64,000 nt of DNA from positions 32,001-96,000 of the forward strand of contig JBKBRF010000018.1 of NCBI GenBank assembly GCA_046292385.1, given 5' to 3'. Source of the DNA: Armatimonadota bacterium. Its GTDB lineage: Bacteria; Armatimonadota; SYMT01. Of this stretch, positions 20,106 to 30,015 are shown piece after piece. The notes beneath the pieces were generated by a model, which searched no databases, was not told where the DNA came from, and was given only the letters and a program-made list of their open reading frames with translations. The position numbers and the translations under genes were made by a program. Every line of letters begins with the position of its first letter. The stretch's first letter is position 1.

Positions 20106-20209
20106 CAGGTTGGCGTGGGCGTTATCAGGTTCACAGGTTGCAAGTTGCAGGTTCCGAACCCCGGACGCGGGGGCTCCAACCTGAAACCTGCTAACCTGCC
20201 AACCTGCAA
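20106..20209. repeat. Inverted arrays of 7-8-nt CAGGTTG / CAACCTG repeats
   Basis: CAGGTT units 20106-20153 facing AACCTG units 20178-20209; similar unit at 27315-27390 and partial at ~58915-58932. Confidence 0.7.
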
Positions 20210-20219
20210 TAAGCCTCTC

Positions 20220-22745
20220 CTATCGATTGAACAGGAACGCCGGGCTGTTGATGAGCGCCCACAGCAGGTCCTGCGCGCCTTCCGCGCGGTCCTTGGAGCT
20301 GCGGAGGTGCGCCACCGCCTTCTGCTGCTCGGTGCGCGTCGGCTTGCGCGAGAAGGCGGCCAGATAGAGCTCCTCTACCAGCTTCTCGTCCGGCAGGTCG
20401 GACTTCACCAGCCGGGCCACGCGCCCGTTCGGGTCGGAGACCGCGTTCCCGATCGTGTCGCCGTTCATCAGGTTGAGCGCCTGGGCCAGGCTCATCTCGC
20501 TGGTCCGCTCGCACTCGCACGGGCTCTCCCGCGCCGGCCGCCCGAACAGGTCGAGGAAGCCGCCCCCCGCCACCCGGGTGTCCGGAAGCTGCTGCGCGCG
20601 GGTGCCGGCCGGCACACCCGGATACTTCTGCATGCTGCCGGTCGCCTGCGTGATCGCGTCGAGGAGCTGCTCCGCCGTCAGCCGCCGCGCCACCTGGTGC
20701 GAGAAGTTGACCGTATCGTCTGCGTTCCACTTGTTGGTGACGATGCTCGACTGGTAAGTCCGCGAGCGGACGATCGTCCGCATCAGGTGCCGCAGGTCGA
20801 ACCCGCTCTTCACGAAGTCCTGCGTCAGCGCGTCGAGCAGTGCCGCGTTGGAAGGCGGGTTGCTGCCGCGGATGTCGTCGACCGGGTCGATGATGCCCCG
20901 GCCCATGAAGTAGCTCCAGATCCGGTTGGCGGTCGACATCGCGAAGAACGGGTTCTTCGGCGAGGTCAGCCACTCCGCAAGCGCTTCGCGGCGGTTGTCG
21001 GCGTCGTCATCGGCTCCCTGGAAGCTGACCGGGAAGGCCGGCGCCATCACGCGCCCGTCCTTCGGGTGCGTCACGTCGCCGGTGCCGCGGTCGTAGACGA
21101 ACTCGTCCCCGGGGTTGCCCGGCTTGAAGCCGACCTGCGCGAAGAAGGCGCCCAGCTGGTAGTACTGGTTCTGCGTCCACCGCTCGAACGGATGGTCGTG
21201 ACACTTGTTGCAGGAGAACCGCACCCCCAGGAAGAGCTGCGTGACGTTCTCGGTGGCGGTGGAGGTATCCCGGATCACCCGCATGTAGTTGGACGCCGGG
21301 TTCTCGTAGGCGCTGCCCGAGGCAGTGAGCACCTCCCGCACGAACTGGTCGTACGGCTTGTTCTGCGCGATCGAGTCGTGGATCCACGCCCGGAACGCCT
21401 GCACGCCCTTGTCGCCCAGGAACTTGCGGTTCACCTGGAGCAGGTCGGCGAACTTGTAGGTCCAGTGGTCGTCGAACTCCGGCGACTTGAGGAGCGCCTC
21501 GATCAGCTCCGTCCGCTTCACCTGGGAAGGGCGCGGGTCGTCCAGGAACGCGCGCGCCGCGTCCGGCGTCGGCAGCAGGCCGGTCAGGTCGAGGTAGACC
21601 CGGCGGAGGAAGTCCGGGTCGCTTGCCAGCGGCGAGGGAACCGCCTTGACGCGCTGCAGCTTCTGGTCGACGAGGCGGTCGACGTAGTTGTGCTGCGGCT
21701 GCGCCGCCCATTTCCAGCCGGTGCGGTCGCCCAGCACGGTGAACTCGTTGGTCGCGTACTGTCCCTCGTAGGAGACGAGCACCGCGGACTCGCCGCGGCG
21801 GACGGAGGTCACCATCCCGCCGTCGGTGATCTCGGCGACCTCCGGCACGCTGCTGGTGAAGCGGGCCTCGCGGGTGACGTCGCGCGTGGTGCCGTCGTCG
21901 TAGTGTGCCAGCACCACCAGCTCCTGCTTCACCTCCTCGCGCTGCAGGGTGGGGTTCTTCGGCAGCACCTCCAGGCGCGCCACGCGGCTCGTCTTGCCGA
22001 CGTCCGACTTCACCCCCTGAGCGATCCACTCGCGCATCACCTTGTAGGGGCGGGAATTCTTCTCGAAGACGAGGCCGCCCTGGTGGGGCACTTCCTGGAT
22101 CGGCTTCAGCAGGATGAGGCTCTGGTCCGGATCGGCCCGGTTGAACCGGCGTCCGGATACCTCCTCCACCAGCACGTGGTAGTCGAAGTCGGGATCGTAG
22201 CCGCGGAGCGAGAGCTTGAAGCCGTTCTTGCCCTTGGCGGCGCCGTGACAGGTGCCGGCGTTGCAGCCGGCCTTGCTCAGAATCGGGAGGACGTCCCGCA
22301 CGAAGCTCACCGGCGGCTGCGCCAGGCTCTTCACCGTTACTGGCAGGCGGGCGGTCTTGCCCGCCGCCCTCACCAGCACGTGCCCGGCTCCCGCCTTCTT
22401 GGGATGGAAGTAGCCGCCGGAGACCACGGTCACCAGCCCGCCTTCCGGCCGCAGGGCGGCGGAGTTCGTGAGGTCGACCGTCGTGCCGTCTTTCCGGACG
22501 CCGGTCACCAGCACGCGCCGCTCGTCGCGGCCGTTCAGCAGCGTCACCGACTCGGGAAGCAGCTTCAGGGAGACGACCGGCGATTCCGCCGGCCGCGCGG
22601 GAGGCTTCGGCGCCGCTTTCGCCCGGGCCGGAGCGGCGAAGCCGGGGGCCGCCGTCGCGAGGGTCCCGGCGAGCACCGCGGCTGCGGTGAGGATTTTGCT
22701 CAGCTCCATCCGTCGTTTACTCCGTCTCATTGCGCCACCGCTCAT
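20220..22745 (-). CDS. DUF1549/DUF1553 protein with Ig-like domains and CxxCH motif
   Basis: SFVRDVLPILSKAGCNAGTCHG, FLRRVYLDLTGLLP, CNKCHDHP, NRIWSYFMGRG, DLLWALINSPAFLFN; start 22745 overlaps upstream stop (ATGA), alternatives 22730/22709. Confidence 0.92.
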   Translation of the reverse strand: MSGGAMRRSKRRMELSKILTAAAVLAGTLATAAPGFAAPARAKAAPKPPARPAESPVVSLKLLPESVTLLNGRDERRVLVTGVRKDGTTVDLTNSAALRPEGGLVTVVSGGYFHPKKAGAGHVLVRAAGKTARLPVTVKSLAQPPVSFVRDVLPILSKAGCNAGTCHGAAKGKNGFKLSLRGYDPDFDYHVLVEEVSGRRFNRADPDQSLILLKPIQEVPHQGGLVFEKNSRPYKVMREWIAQGVKSDVGKTSRVARLEVLPKNPTLQREEVKQELVVLAHYDDGTTRDVTREARFTSSVPEVAEITDGGMVTSVRRGESAVLVSYEGQYATNEFTVLGDRTGWKWAAQPQHNYVDRLVDQKLQRVKAVPSPLASDPDFLRRVYLDLTGLLPTPDAARAFLDDPRPSQVKRTELIEALLKSPEFDDHWTYKFADLLQVNRKFLGDKGVQAFRAWIHDSIAQNKPYDQFVREVLTASGSAYENPASNYMRVIRDTSTATENVTQLFLGVRFSCNKCHDHPFERWTQNQYYQLGAFFAQVGFKPGNPGDEFVYDRGTGDVTHPKDGRVMAPAFPVSFQGADDDADNRREALAEWLTSPKNPFFAMSTANRIWSYFMGRGIIDPVDDIRGSNPPSNAALLDALTQDFVKSGFDLRHLMRTIVRSRTYQSSIVTNKWNADDTVNFSHQVARRLTAEQLLDAITQATGSMQKYPGVPAGTRAQQLPDTRVAGGGFLDLFGRPARESPCECERTSEMSLAQALNLMNGDTIGNAVSDPNGRVARLVKSDLPDEKLVEELYLAAFSRKPTRTEQQKAVAHLRSSKDRAEGAQDLLWALINSPAFLFNR

Positions 22746-24127
22746 TTCGCCGCTACTTTCGGCTGCCGCCGGGTGATGGGGACCGGCACGAACTCTTTCG
22801 CCAGCTTGCCGTCCGCCGCGCTGTAGAGCCGGATGTTGCCGTCGAAGCCCACGGTCGCCAGGCGGTCTCCCTTGGGATGCCACGCCAGCGAGTGGATCGC
22901 GCCGGAGTGGCCCTGGATCGTTCCGGCGCGGGTGCCGTCCGCGACTTTGTAGATCCTCACCTCGGACGAGTCCCCGCCCACGGCGAGCAGCGAGCCGTCC
23001 GGGTTGAAGGCGAGGGAGAAGATCGGACCGTCCAGCTTTTCGAAGGTGCGCAGCAGGTTGTAGTCGTCCCGGTTGATCGTCCGCGCCTGCTTCTTGTGGA
23101 TCGAGTAGAGGCGGACCAGCCCCTCTTCCCCACCCACGGCCACTTCATCGACCCCGGGCCGGCGCGCCATCGCGCTGTAGCCGCCGTTGTAGACCTGGTA
23201 ATTGATGTCGTCGACGAAGTTCTTGGTAGCGATCTCCACCAGCTTGACCGCGCGGTCCCGGCTGGTGCTGATCATGTGCTTGCTGTCCGAGGAGAAGGTG
23301 GTGGAGAAGACCCAGTCGCTGTGGTTCTCGAACTTGAGCAGCTGCTCCGCCTGCGGCACCGAGTAGAGGTAGGCCGCCTTCTCCGCGCCGCCGAACGCCA
23401 CCAGCTTGCCGTCCGGCGAGAACGAGACGCCGTAGAGCACGTCGAACCCGATCTCCACGCTCTTGAGCTGCTTCCGCGTCGCCACGTCCCAGAGCTGCAG
23501 CTCGCCGAACTTGCAGGAGGTGCCGCCCACCGCGGCGAGGGTTTTGGCGTCCGGTGAGAACGCGAGCGACTCGATCCGCTGGCTGCGCCCCACCAGCCGG
23601 CCCAGCAGGCCGCTGCCGTCCGCCTTGTGCAGCAGGATCTCGCGGTAGCCGGCCACCGCCAGCGTCTCGCCGTCCGGGGAGTAGGCGAGAGAGGAGATGA
23701 CCGGCGGCTGCGTGTAGACCGGCGGGCGGCTCGGCCCGATCGGGTCGTTGGTCACCGGGGTGTCGTCCCGGGCGCCCTGCTCGATCCAGAGGCGGATCGT
23801 CTCCACCTCCCTGGCGTTCAGCGGCGGCATGTCTTTCGGCATGCTCGGGTTCTTACCGCTGATCAGCTTGTAGAGCGGGCTGTCCGCCGGCTTGCCGGAG
23901 ACGAAGCCCGGGCCGAGGGTGCCGCCGGACTTCAGCGCCGCGTAGGTGACGACGCTCAGCTTGCCGCCGCGGATGGACGGCTGGTGGCAGCCGGCACACT
24001 GCCGCTTCAGGATCGGCTGGACGTCCTTATGGAAGCTCACCGCCGCGGGCGCGGCGGAGGAAGCTCCGCCGAGGAGCGCGAGGAATCCGGCGGTGACGCC
24101 GGTAAGGCTGAGGGTGACGCGAAGCAT
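22742..24127 (-). CDS. Planctomycete-type cytochrome c domain + WD40 repeat protein
   Basis: VSFHKDVQPILKRQCAGCH...MP...WIEQGA followed by SLAYSPDG / SLAFSPD WD40 repeats. Confidence 0.92.
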   Translation of the reverse strand: MLRVTLSLTGVTAGFLALLGGASSAAPAAVSFHKDVQPILKRQCAGCHQPSIRGGKLSVVTYAALKSGGTLGPGFVSGKPADSPLYKLISGKNPSMPKDMPPLNAREVETIRLWIEQGARDDTPVTNDPIGPSRPPVYTQPPVISSLAYSPDGETLAVAGYREILLHKADGSGLLGRLVGRSQRIESLAFSPDAKTLAAVGGTSCKFGELQLWDVATRKQLKSVEIGFDVLYGVSFSPDGKLVAFGGAEKAAYLYSVPQAEQLLKFENHSDWVFSTTFSSDSKHMISTSRDRAVKLVEIATKNFVDDINYQVYNGGYSAMARRPGVDEVAVGGEEGLVRLYSIHKKQARTINRDDYNLLRTFEKLDGPIFSLAFNPDGSLLAVGGDSSEVRIYKVADGTRAGTIQGHSGAIHSLAWHPKGDRLATVGFDGNIRLYSAADGKLAKEFVPVPITRRQPKVAAK

Positions 24128-24245
24128 AGGAGACTGCGTTTCGAAGCCGCGCAGGCAGGACCACAGGACGCCTGTGCCGGCGTACTCTGTGAGAACCCCG
24201 CCCGGTGGCAGGGTTTCTCGTTTCTGACACTTATCGCCCGGGCAC

Positions 24246-25211
24246 TTACCGGCGGCCGCGCGCCGGAGCCTTCGCCGGGCGGACCATCAGCCAGTTCACG
24301 ACCTTCTTGTCGCTCTCGGCCTCTTTCACCGCCTGCTCCGCGATCTTCTGGGCATGGCTGCGCATGAACTGGCTCACCACGTACCCCTTCAGGTAGAGCG
24401 TGTCGCCGTCTTCCACCACGCGGATCTCGTTCCCCGGGCGATCGAGCGTGTCGTCGAAGGCGAGATCGATCTGCACCGCCCCCGCGACGTCTGCGCCCTC
24501 GCCGCCGCCAAAGAGCCCGCCGCCGCCCGCGGCACCTGCCTGCATCGCCTGCCCCAGCAGCCCGGCCAGCCCACCGCCCGCCGCCTTGCCGCTCTCCTCG
24601 ATCTCCTTCTGGAGGTCGAACGGGCGGAGGTCGGTCATCGCGCCGATGGTGCGGACGTTCACCAGCGCCAGCTTCAGTTCGGATTCCTCGGTCATCTTGC
24701 CGCCGCCGCCGAAGAGGGCGCCGAAGTCCGGCTCCGCGTCTTCATCCTCTTCGTCTTCGTCCTCGTCCGCTTCTGCCTGCGCGGCCATCGCGGCGAGGTC
24801 GAGAGTGGGCGCCTCGTACCGGTACGTCACCAGGAAGGTCTCCCCGCCCAGCACCAGCGTCTGGCCGCGCGTGTAGGAAACCGGATCTTCCTTCTCACCG
24901 CCGCCGAAGAGCGAGCCCAGGAGCGACATCCCGAGCATCGCCGCCGCGCCGTCGTCCGCGCCGCCCTCGCCCCCGGCTTTGCCGGCGTTGGCCGCCATGC
25001 CGAGCTGCATGAGCTGCTTCATCATGTCCATGCCGTCGCTTTTCGGCGCGGCATCTTTGATCCGCATCCGGCGCCACTGCGGCCCGAGTTCCTTGAGCTT
25101 GAGCGTGTACGGAAGCTCGGCCCCGAAGACCTGCTGGTCCGGCGAGACCGACTGTGCCGCCGCCGGAGCGGCGAGCGCGAGCGGAAGGAAAAGGAGCAAG
25201 GCGCGCTTCAT
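24246..25211 (-). CDS. Secreted protein with C-terminal BON-like domain
   Basis: Signal peptide; acidic tract; C-terminal IRVVEDGDTLYLKGYV...KVVNWLMV. Confidence 0.7.
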   Translation of the reverse strand: MKRALLLFLPLALAAPAAAQSVSPDQQVFGAELPYTLKLKELGPQWRRMRIKDAAPKSDGMDMMKQLMQLGMAANAGKAGGEGGADDGAAAMLGMSLLGSLFGGGEKEDPVSYTRGQTLVLGGETFLVTYRYEAPTLDLAAMAAQAEADEDEDEEDEDAEPDFGALFGGGGKMTEESELKLALVNVRTIGAMTDLRPFDLQKEIEESGKAAGGGLAGLLGQAMQAGAAGGGGLFGGGEGADVAGAVQIDLAFDDTLDRPGNEIRVVEDGDTLYLKGYVVSQFMRSHAQKIAEQAVKEAESDKKVVNWLMVRPAKAPARGRR

Positions 25212-25384
25212 CGGGAGGTCTCCAAAAGGGTCACACCACTAACGAAGCAGTTCGCAGCGCCGCGAGGGAGTTCCTACCGTGAGCAAGATGGAAGAGGGGA
25301 GATGGGAGAGGAAAGAGCGCTCGTCGGAGGTGTGTGCGGCCGGGCGCGATTTCGGTGGTCGTGAATGGGGTGCAATAATGGGGT

Positions 25385-25430
25385 GCAATAAGGAAGGGCA
25401 GGCGAGTCTTCGCCTGCCCTTCCTTATTGC
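25385..25430. terminator. Perfect 21-bp hairpin downstream of sulfatase
   Basis: GCAATAAGGAAGGGCAGGCGA-GTCT-TCGCCTGCCCTTCCTTATTGC. Confidence 0.6.
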
Positions 25431-25465
25431 GTTCTGGTCTCCGGAATGGAATGGCGGGGTGGGCG

Positions 25466-27028
25466 TCAGTCGTCCCCCTCCGCATCCTTCTCGAGCGGCG
25501 CATTCGGCGCGTTCCGCTTCGGCAGCCACGCGGCGAGCTGCGCTTTCACCTCCGCCAGCTCCTTCCGGTCCGCCAGGTTGGTCCATTCCTTGGGGTCGTC
25601 CTGGTGGTCGTACAGCTCTTCGGCACCGTTGGCGTACCGGATGTAGCGCCAGCGCTCGGAGCGGACGGCGTGGTTATTGCGCCCGTAGGTGGTGACCACC
25701 GGCCGGTCCCATTCGGCATACGGGCGGCGAAGCAGCGGCACCAGGCTTTGCCCCTCTACCCCCTCGCCCGGCGGCAGCCCGCACAACTCGGTCAGGGTGG
25801 GATACACGTCGAGCAGGCTCACGGTGCGCGGGCTCGTCTGCCCCGGGCGCGTCACTCCCGGCGCCACCACCATCAGCGGCACTCGGGTCGCTTCCTCCCA
25901 CAGGGTGAACTTGCGCCAGTGCTGCTTCTCTCCCAGGTGCCAGCCGTGGTCGCTCCACAGGACGATGATGGTGTTCTCCGCGTGCGGGCTGCGGTCGAGC
26001 GCGTCGAGCACGCGGCCGACACAGGCGTCCGCGAAGGTGATGCTGGCCAGGTAGCCCTGCACCGCCTTCTCCCAGTTGCCGGACTCGACGACCTTCCTGT
26101 GGTCCCCCTCCGGCCGCGCCAGCCGCCGGCCGGGGGCGGGCACGTCGTCCAGGTCCTGCGGGTTCACCACCGGCAGTCGGATCGACGCCTCCGGGTACCG
26201 CTCGAAGTAGGGGCGCGGAACGAACCAGGGGAGGTGCGGCCGGTAGATGCCGACCGCCAGGAAGAACGGGTCTTCGTGCTCTCGCTGCAGATACTCGGAG
26301 GCCCAGTCGGCCACCTTCCAGTCGGCCATCGCCTCATCCGGCGCGTCGATGGGACCCCAATCGAAGTGCGCGGTCTTCGGAATGCCGTTGAGCGGGCGCT
26401 GCTTCGGAACGGGATCGCCGGCCGGCCTGGTGTAGTAGTCCCACGAGCGCTCGTCGTTCTGGCCGCCGTGGAAGATCTTCCCCACGCCGGCCACGGTGTA
26501 GCCGTTCCGCCGGAAGTGCTCCGGCAGCATCACCGCCTGCGGCATCGCCGGCCGCCACGCGTGGTCGTTCTCGTAGACGCCCGTGGTCGACGGCCGCAGG
26601 CCGCTCAGCAGCGCCACGCGTGAGGGATTGCACGCGGGAGCCGCCGTGTGTGCGCGCGTGAAGAGCACCCCCCGCCGGGAGAGCCGGTCCAGGTTGGGCG
26701 TGCGTACGCCCGGATAGCCGCCCATGACTCCGACCCAGTCGTTCAGGTCATCGACCGCGATGAAGAGGACGTTCGGACGCGGCGCCGGCGCGGAGGCTTC
26801 GGCGGTTCCGGTGGCTGCCGCCGCCTCCGCGGCGACGTTCGCGCCGGCGCGCGCCCCGGCGCTTAGGGCCAGGAAGACGGCCAGCAGTACCCCCGCCCCG
26901 AGCCGCCGCCCGGGTGCCGGGCTCTCGGCGTCGTGAGCTCGCAGAGGAGCCCCTCGCCCGCTCCGTTTCAGGCGCGAAACGGCCCGGGTAAGGGCCAGAC
27001 GAAGGGGAGGAGGAAGTTGGATGCCCAT
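25466..27028 (-). CDS. Formylglycine-dependent sulfatase (iduronate-2-sulfatase-like)
   Basis: PNVLFIAVDDL, CNPSR (CxPxR), GKIFH, SDHGWHLGEK; true start probably downstream of 27028. Confidence 0.92.
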   Translation of the reverse strand: MGIQLPPPLRLALTRAVSRLKRSGRGAPLRAHDAESPAPGRRLGAGVLLAVFLALSAGARAGANVAAEAAAATGTAEASAPAPRPNVLFIAVDDLNDWVGVMGGYPGVRTPNLDRLSRRGVLFTRAHTAAPACNPSRVALLSGLRPSTTGVYENDHAWRPAMPQAVMLPEHFRRNGYTVAGVGKIFHGGQNDERSWDYYTRPAGDPVPKQRPLNGIPKTAHFDWGPIDAPDEAMADWKVADWASEYLQREHEDPFFLAVGIYRPHLPWFVPRPYFERYPEASIRLPVVNPQDLDDVPAPGRRLARPEGDHRKVVESGNWEKAVQGYLASITFADACVGRVLDALDRSPHAENTIIVLWSDHGWHLGEKQHWRKFTLWEEATRVPLMVVAPGVTRPGQTSPRTVSLLDVYPTLTELCGLPPGEGVEGQSLVPLLRRPYAEWDRPVVTTYGRNNHAVRSERWRYIRYANGAEELYDHQDDPKEWTNLADRKELAEVKAQLAAWLPKRNAPNAPLEKDAEGDD

Positions 27029-27293
27029 AATTAAGAGACGCCTCGATATCTGTGGCCGAGAAAAGTCCTGGGAGTATGTTGTCGAGTCTGCCGGAGAGCG
27101 CTTCGAAGTGACCGCCCGCCAGATCGGCCGGGACGATCCGACCTATCTCTGCTCCTGCGGGGTCTGCGTGGAAGGCGAGAACCCGCCCGAGCTCTTCTTT
27201 TTGCCCGACTTCAATTCTCCGTGCGTGCACATCGCGGAAGCGCAGCGGGACCTCAGCATCGCTCGCCAGGCTGCCGCCCAGATGGTCAACTGA
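27021..27293 (+). CDS. Small protein with SWIM-type zinc finger
   Basis: YLCSC...PCVH (CxC-xn-CxH). Confidence 0.6.
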   Translation: MPIIKRRLDICGREKSWEYVVESAGERFEVTARQIGRDDPTYLCSCGVCVEGENPPELFFLPDFNSPCVHIAEAQRDLSIARQAAAQMVN

Positions 27294-27546
27294 ACGCTCG
27301 AGGGACAGGCCGTTAGCAGGTGGACAGGTTGCAGGTTCGGACCCCGCTTAGCGGCGGCAAACCTGCAGCCTGGTTACCGGCAAACCTGAAGCCAGTCCCA
27401 GGCTCGCTCCCCTGCTTCTGCTCCCTCGATTCCGCCTTGCGGGCCTCTCCCGCCCTCATCGGATCAGACCCGCGCCTAGCCTGGCGCGTTCCCGGGTTGC
27501 CGGGGCGCGCCACTGTTTGCGAAGATTCTACTCACCCGCGGTTCGG

Positions 27547-27575
27547 TTGACGCTCCCGCGGGGCTTGCCTATACT
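27547..27575 (+). promoter_or_regulatory. Sigma70-type promoter of guaB
   Basis: TTGACG-17 nt-TATACT. Confidence 0.7.
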
Positions 27576-27623
27576 TCCCCAAATACCAGGAATGACACGG
27601 CGAGCGAGATGGCAGGAGGTCGC

Positions 27624-29144
27624 ATGAGCACGCTGGTCGAAGCCCAGCTCGACGGGGTCGACGCGGAAACCTTATTTAGTTCCGGGATCGGCCTGACGTA
27701 CGATGACATCATCATCCTCCCCGGTTACATAGATTTCCCCTACACTGACGTCCGCCTCGAGACGCACCTCACCCGCAATATCCGCATCAAGCGTCCCCTC
27801 GTCAGCTCCCCGATGGACACGGTGACCGAGTCACAGATGGCCATCACGCTGGCACTCCTCGGCGGGATCGGCATCCTCCACTACAACAACTCCGTCGAGG
27901 AGCACGTGGAGATGGTCCGCAAGGTGAAGCGCTACGAGAACGGCTTCATCACCGACCCGGTGGCGCTCTCCCCCAACCACCAGATCCACCACGTCGACGA
28001 GATCAAGGCGCGCCACGGCTTCTCCGGGATCCCGATCACCGAGGATGGGACGCTCTCCACGCGGCTGGTTGGGATCGTCACTAACCGGGATACCGACTTC
28101 ATCAAGGACCGGAGCTGCCCCCTGCGCGAGGTGATGTCGACCGACCTCATCACCGCGCCCAAGGGGATCACCCTGAGCGAGGCGAACCGGATCCTCCGCT
28201 CCACCAAGGTCGGCAAGCTGCCGGTGGTCGATGAAAACGGCCGGCTGGTGGCGCTGGTGGCCCGGCGCGACCTGCTGAAGAACCAGAACTTCCCGGACTC
28301 CTCCAAGGACGCGGGCAAGCAGCTCCTCTGCGGCGCGGCGGTCTCTACCCGGGACGAGGACCGGGAGCGGGTCGACGCCCTGGTGGAGGCGGGCGTGAAC
28401 GTGCTGGTGGTCGACGCCGCCCAGGGGCACTCGATCTACCAGCAGCGGATGCTCGCCTACATCAAGAGCCGCCACTCGCACGTCGACGTGATCGCCGGCA
28501 ACGTGGTGACCACGCAGCAGGCGGAGACGCTGATCCACAGCGGAGCGGACGCCCTCCGCATCGGCATGGGTCCCGGCTCCATCTGCATCACGCAGAACAT
28601 GATGGCGGTCGGCCGGCCCCAGGCGACCGCGGTCTACAAGACCGCCGCCTTCGCCCGCCGCTACGGCGTGCCGGTGATCGCGGACGGCGGCGTGAACGGC
28701 ATCGGCCCGATGTCGAAGGCGATCGCCCTCGGCGCCAGCTCCGTGATGGTCGGCAACCTGCTCGCCGGCACCGCGGAAGCCCCCGGCGAGTACTTCTACG
28801 AGAACGGCGTCCGCGTGAAGCGCTACCGCGGCATGGCGAGCCTCGAAGCGATGGAAGTGGGCGGCGCCAAGCGCTACCTCTCCGGCGAGCGGGACGTGGT
28901 GAAGGTGCCCCAGGGCGTCACCGGCACGGTGGTCGACAAGGGCTCCCTGGTCGACTACCTCCCCTACCTGATGAAGGGCCTGCAGCAGTCGCTCCAGGAC
29001 ATGGGCTTCCGGGACATCCCCTCGCTCCATACCGCCCTCTGGGACGGCCGCCTCCGCATGGAGCGCCGCACCCCGAACGCGGCGGCGGAGGGCAGCGTCC
29101 ACAGCCTGGTCAGCTACCAGCAGCCCCGCTTCGGCATCCGCTAG
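27624..29144 (+). CDS. guaB: IMP dehydrogenase with CBS pair (eukaryote-like sequence)
   Basis: [20 protein letters not shown] catalytic Cys loop, IADGG, YRGM; GGAGG RBS before ATG 27624. Confidence 0.96.
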   Translation: MSTLVEAQLDGVDAETLFSSGIGLTYDDIIILPGYIDFPYTDVRLETHLTRNIRIKRPLVSSPMDTVTESQMAITLALLGGIGILHYNNSVEEHVEMVRKVKRYENGFITDPVALSPNHQIHHVDEIKARHGFSGIPITEDGTLSTRLVGIVTNRDTDFIKDRSCPLREVMSTDLITAPKGITLSEANRILRSTKVGKLPVVDENGRLVALVARRDLLKNQNFPDSSKDAGKQLLCGAAVSTRDEDRERVDALVEAGVNVLVVDAAQGHSIYQQRMLAYIKSRHSHVDVIAGNVVTTQQAETLIHSGADALRIGMGPGSICITQNMMAVGRPQATAVYKTAAFARRYGVPVIADGGVNGIGPMSKAIALGASSVMVGNLLAGTAEAPGEYFYENGVRVKRYRGMASLEAMEVGGAKRYLSGERDVVKVPQGVTGTVVDKGSLVDYLPYLMKGLQQSLQDMGFRDIPSLHTALWDGRLRMERRTPNAAAEGSVHSLVSYQQPRFGIR

Positions 29145-29166
29145 AGTCCGGGGTTTCTTGGGAGTT

Positions 29167-29202
29167 GCAGGGCCGTCCGGTGGGACGGCCCTGTGCTTTT
29201 TC
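29167..29202 (+). terminator. Rho-independent terminator of guaB
   Basis: CAGGGCCGTCC/GGACGGCCCTG stem followed by TTTTT. Confidence 0.7.
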
Positions 29203-29300
29203 TGGGTCGAATCGCGGGTTTGTCGGCGGGGCGGAAGGCAGCGATGTCACCGCCGGTTCGCCCCCGCGCCCCCTCACTTGCTCGTCGCACAGCAGCGACC

Positions 29301-29567
29301 ATCCCGAGCGTCCGACCCCGCGCCCTTGTGCCGGGAGACAGCCCTCACGCGACGAAGGCCCTCCGCCGGCCCTCCCACGCCCTTCGGGCTAACGGGCCGC
29401 TCCGGAAGTGCGCTCCGTTGAGCTCATCCCGCGCCACCCCGCCCTACCACGACAGAGGCTGAGTTCACGGGCCGCCTCCCGGCCCACCCGTACGGGTGGT
29501 AAACCTTCGAGCGTCCCGAAAGCGTTCGGGACACATGTGGCGCCCTGCGGGCGCCTCGGTTTCTGGC
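29301..29567 (-). ncRNA. Putative structured RNA / dispersed element, copy B
   Basis: Reverse complement aligns with 3411-3665; 15-bp helix 29330-29344/29469-29483 closes with G-U pairs only on the minus strand. Confidence 0.55.
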
Positions 29568-29660
29568 TTCTACCCAGGCGGCGCGTCATCTCACTTGACG
29601 CTGGCACTATCGGCGGGCGGCCTGCCTATGGAGTCCGGAGGCGGTGCCGGAGGCAGCGAC

Positions 29661-29886
29661 GGAGGGCTCCACTTGTGGCCACCCCTGGCGAGGGGTGGCT
29701 GCTTGAGCCGAGGGGAGCGGCCCGTGAACCTCGGCATGGTGGAAAACGTGGTTGTCGATCGCGGAACGCAGCATGGCGGGGATCACGCCCGGAGCAGCCC
29801 GCTAGCGGAGCCGAAGGCGGAGCGTGAATGGGCAGCGGAGGGCCAGCCACGCGGGAGGGCCGCTCCCCTCGGTGAGGGCACGGGGA
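29661..29886 (+). ncRNA. Putative structured RNA / dispersed element, copy C
   Basis: Aligns with copy A; perfect 16-bp helix 29708-29723/29857-29872 with different sequence. Confidence 0.5.
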
Positions 29887-30015
29887 GTACCTTCGGAGAG
29901 ATGCCGCAGCCGTAGGCGAATCCATGTCACTCCACGGACACAGGACTCGCTCACAACCTCAGCCAACGAAAGAGCACACCCTTTCCACGCCCTGCCGCGC
30001 CAGAGGTAACCCGAG

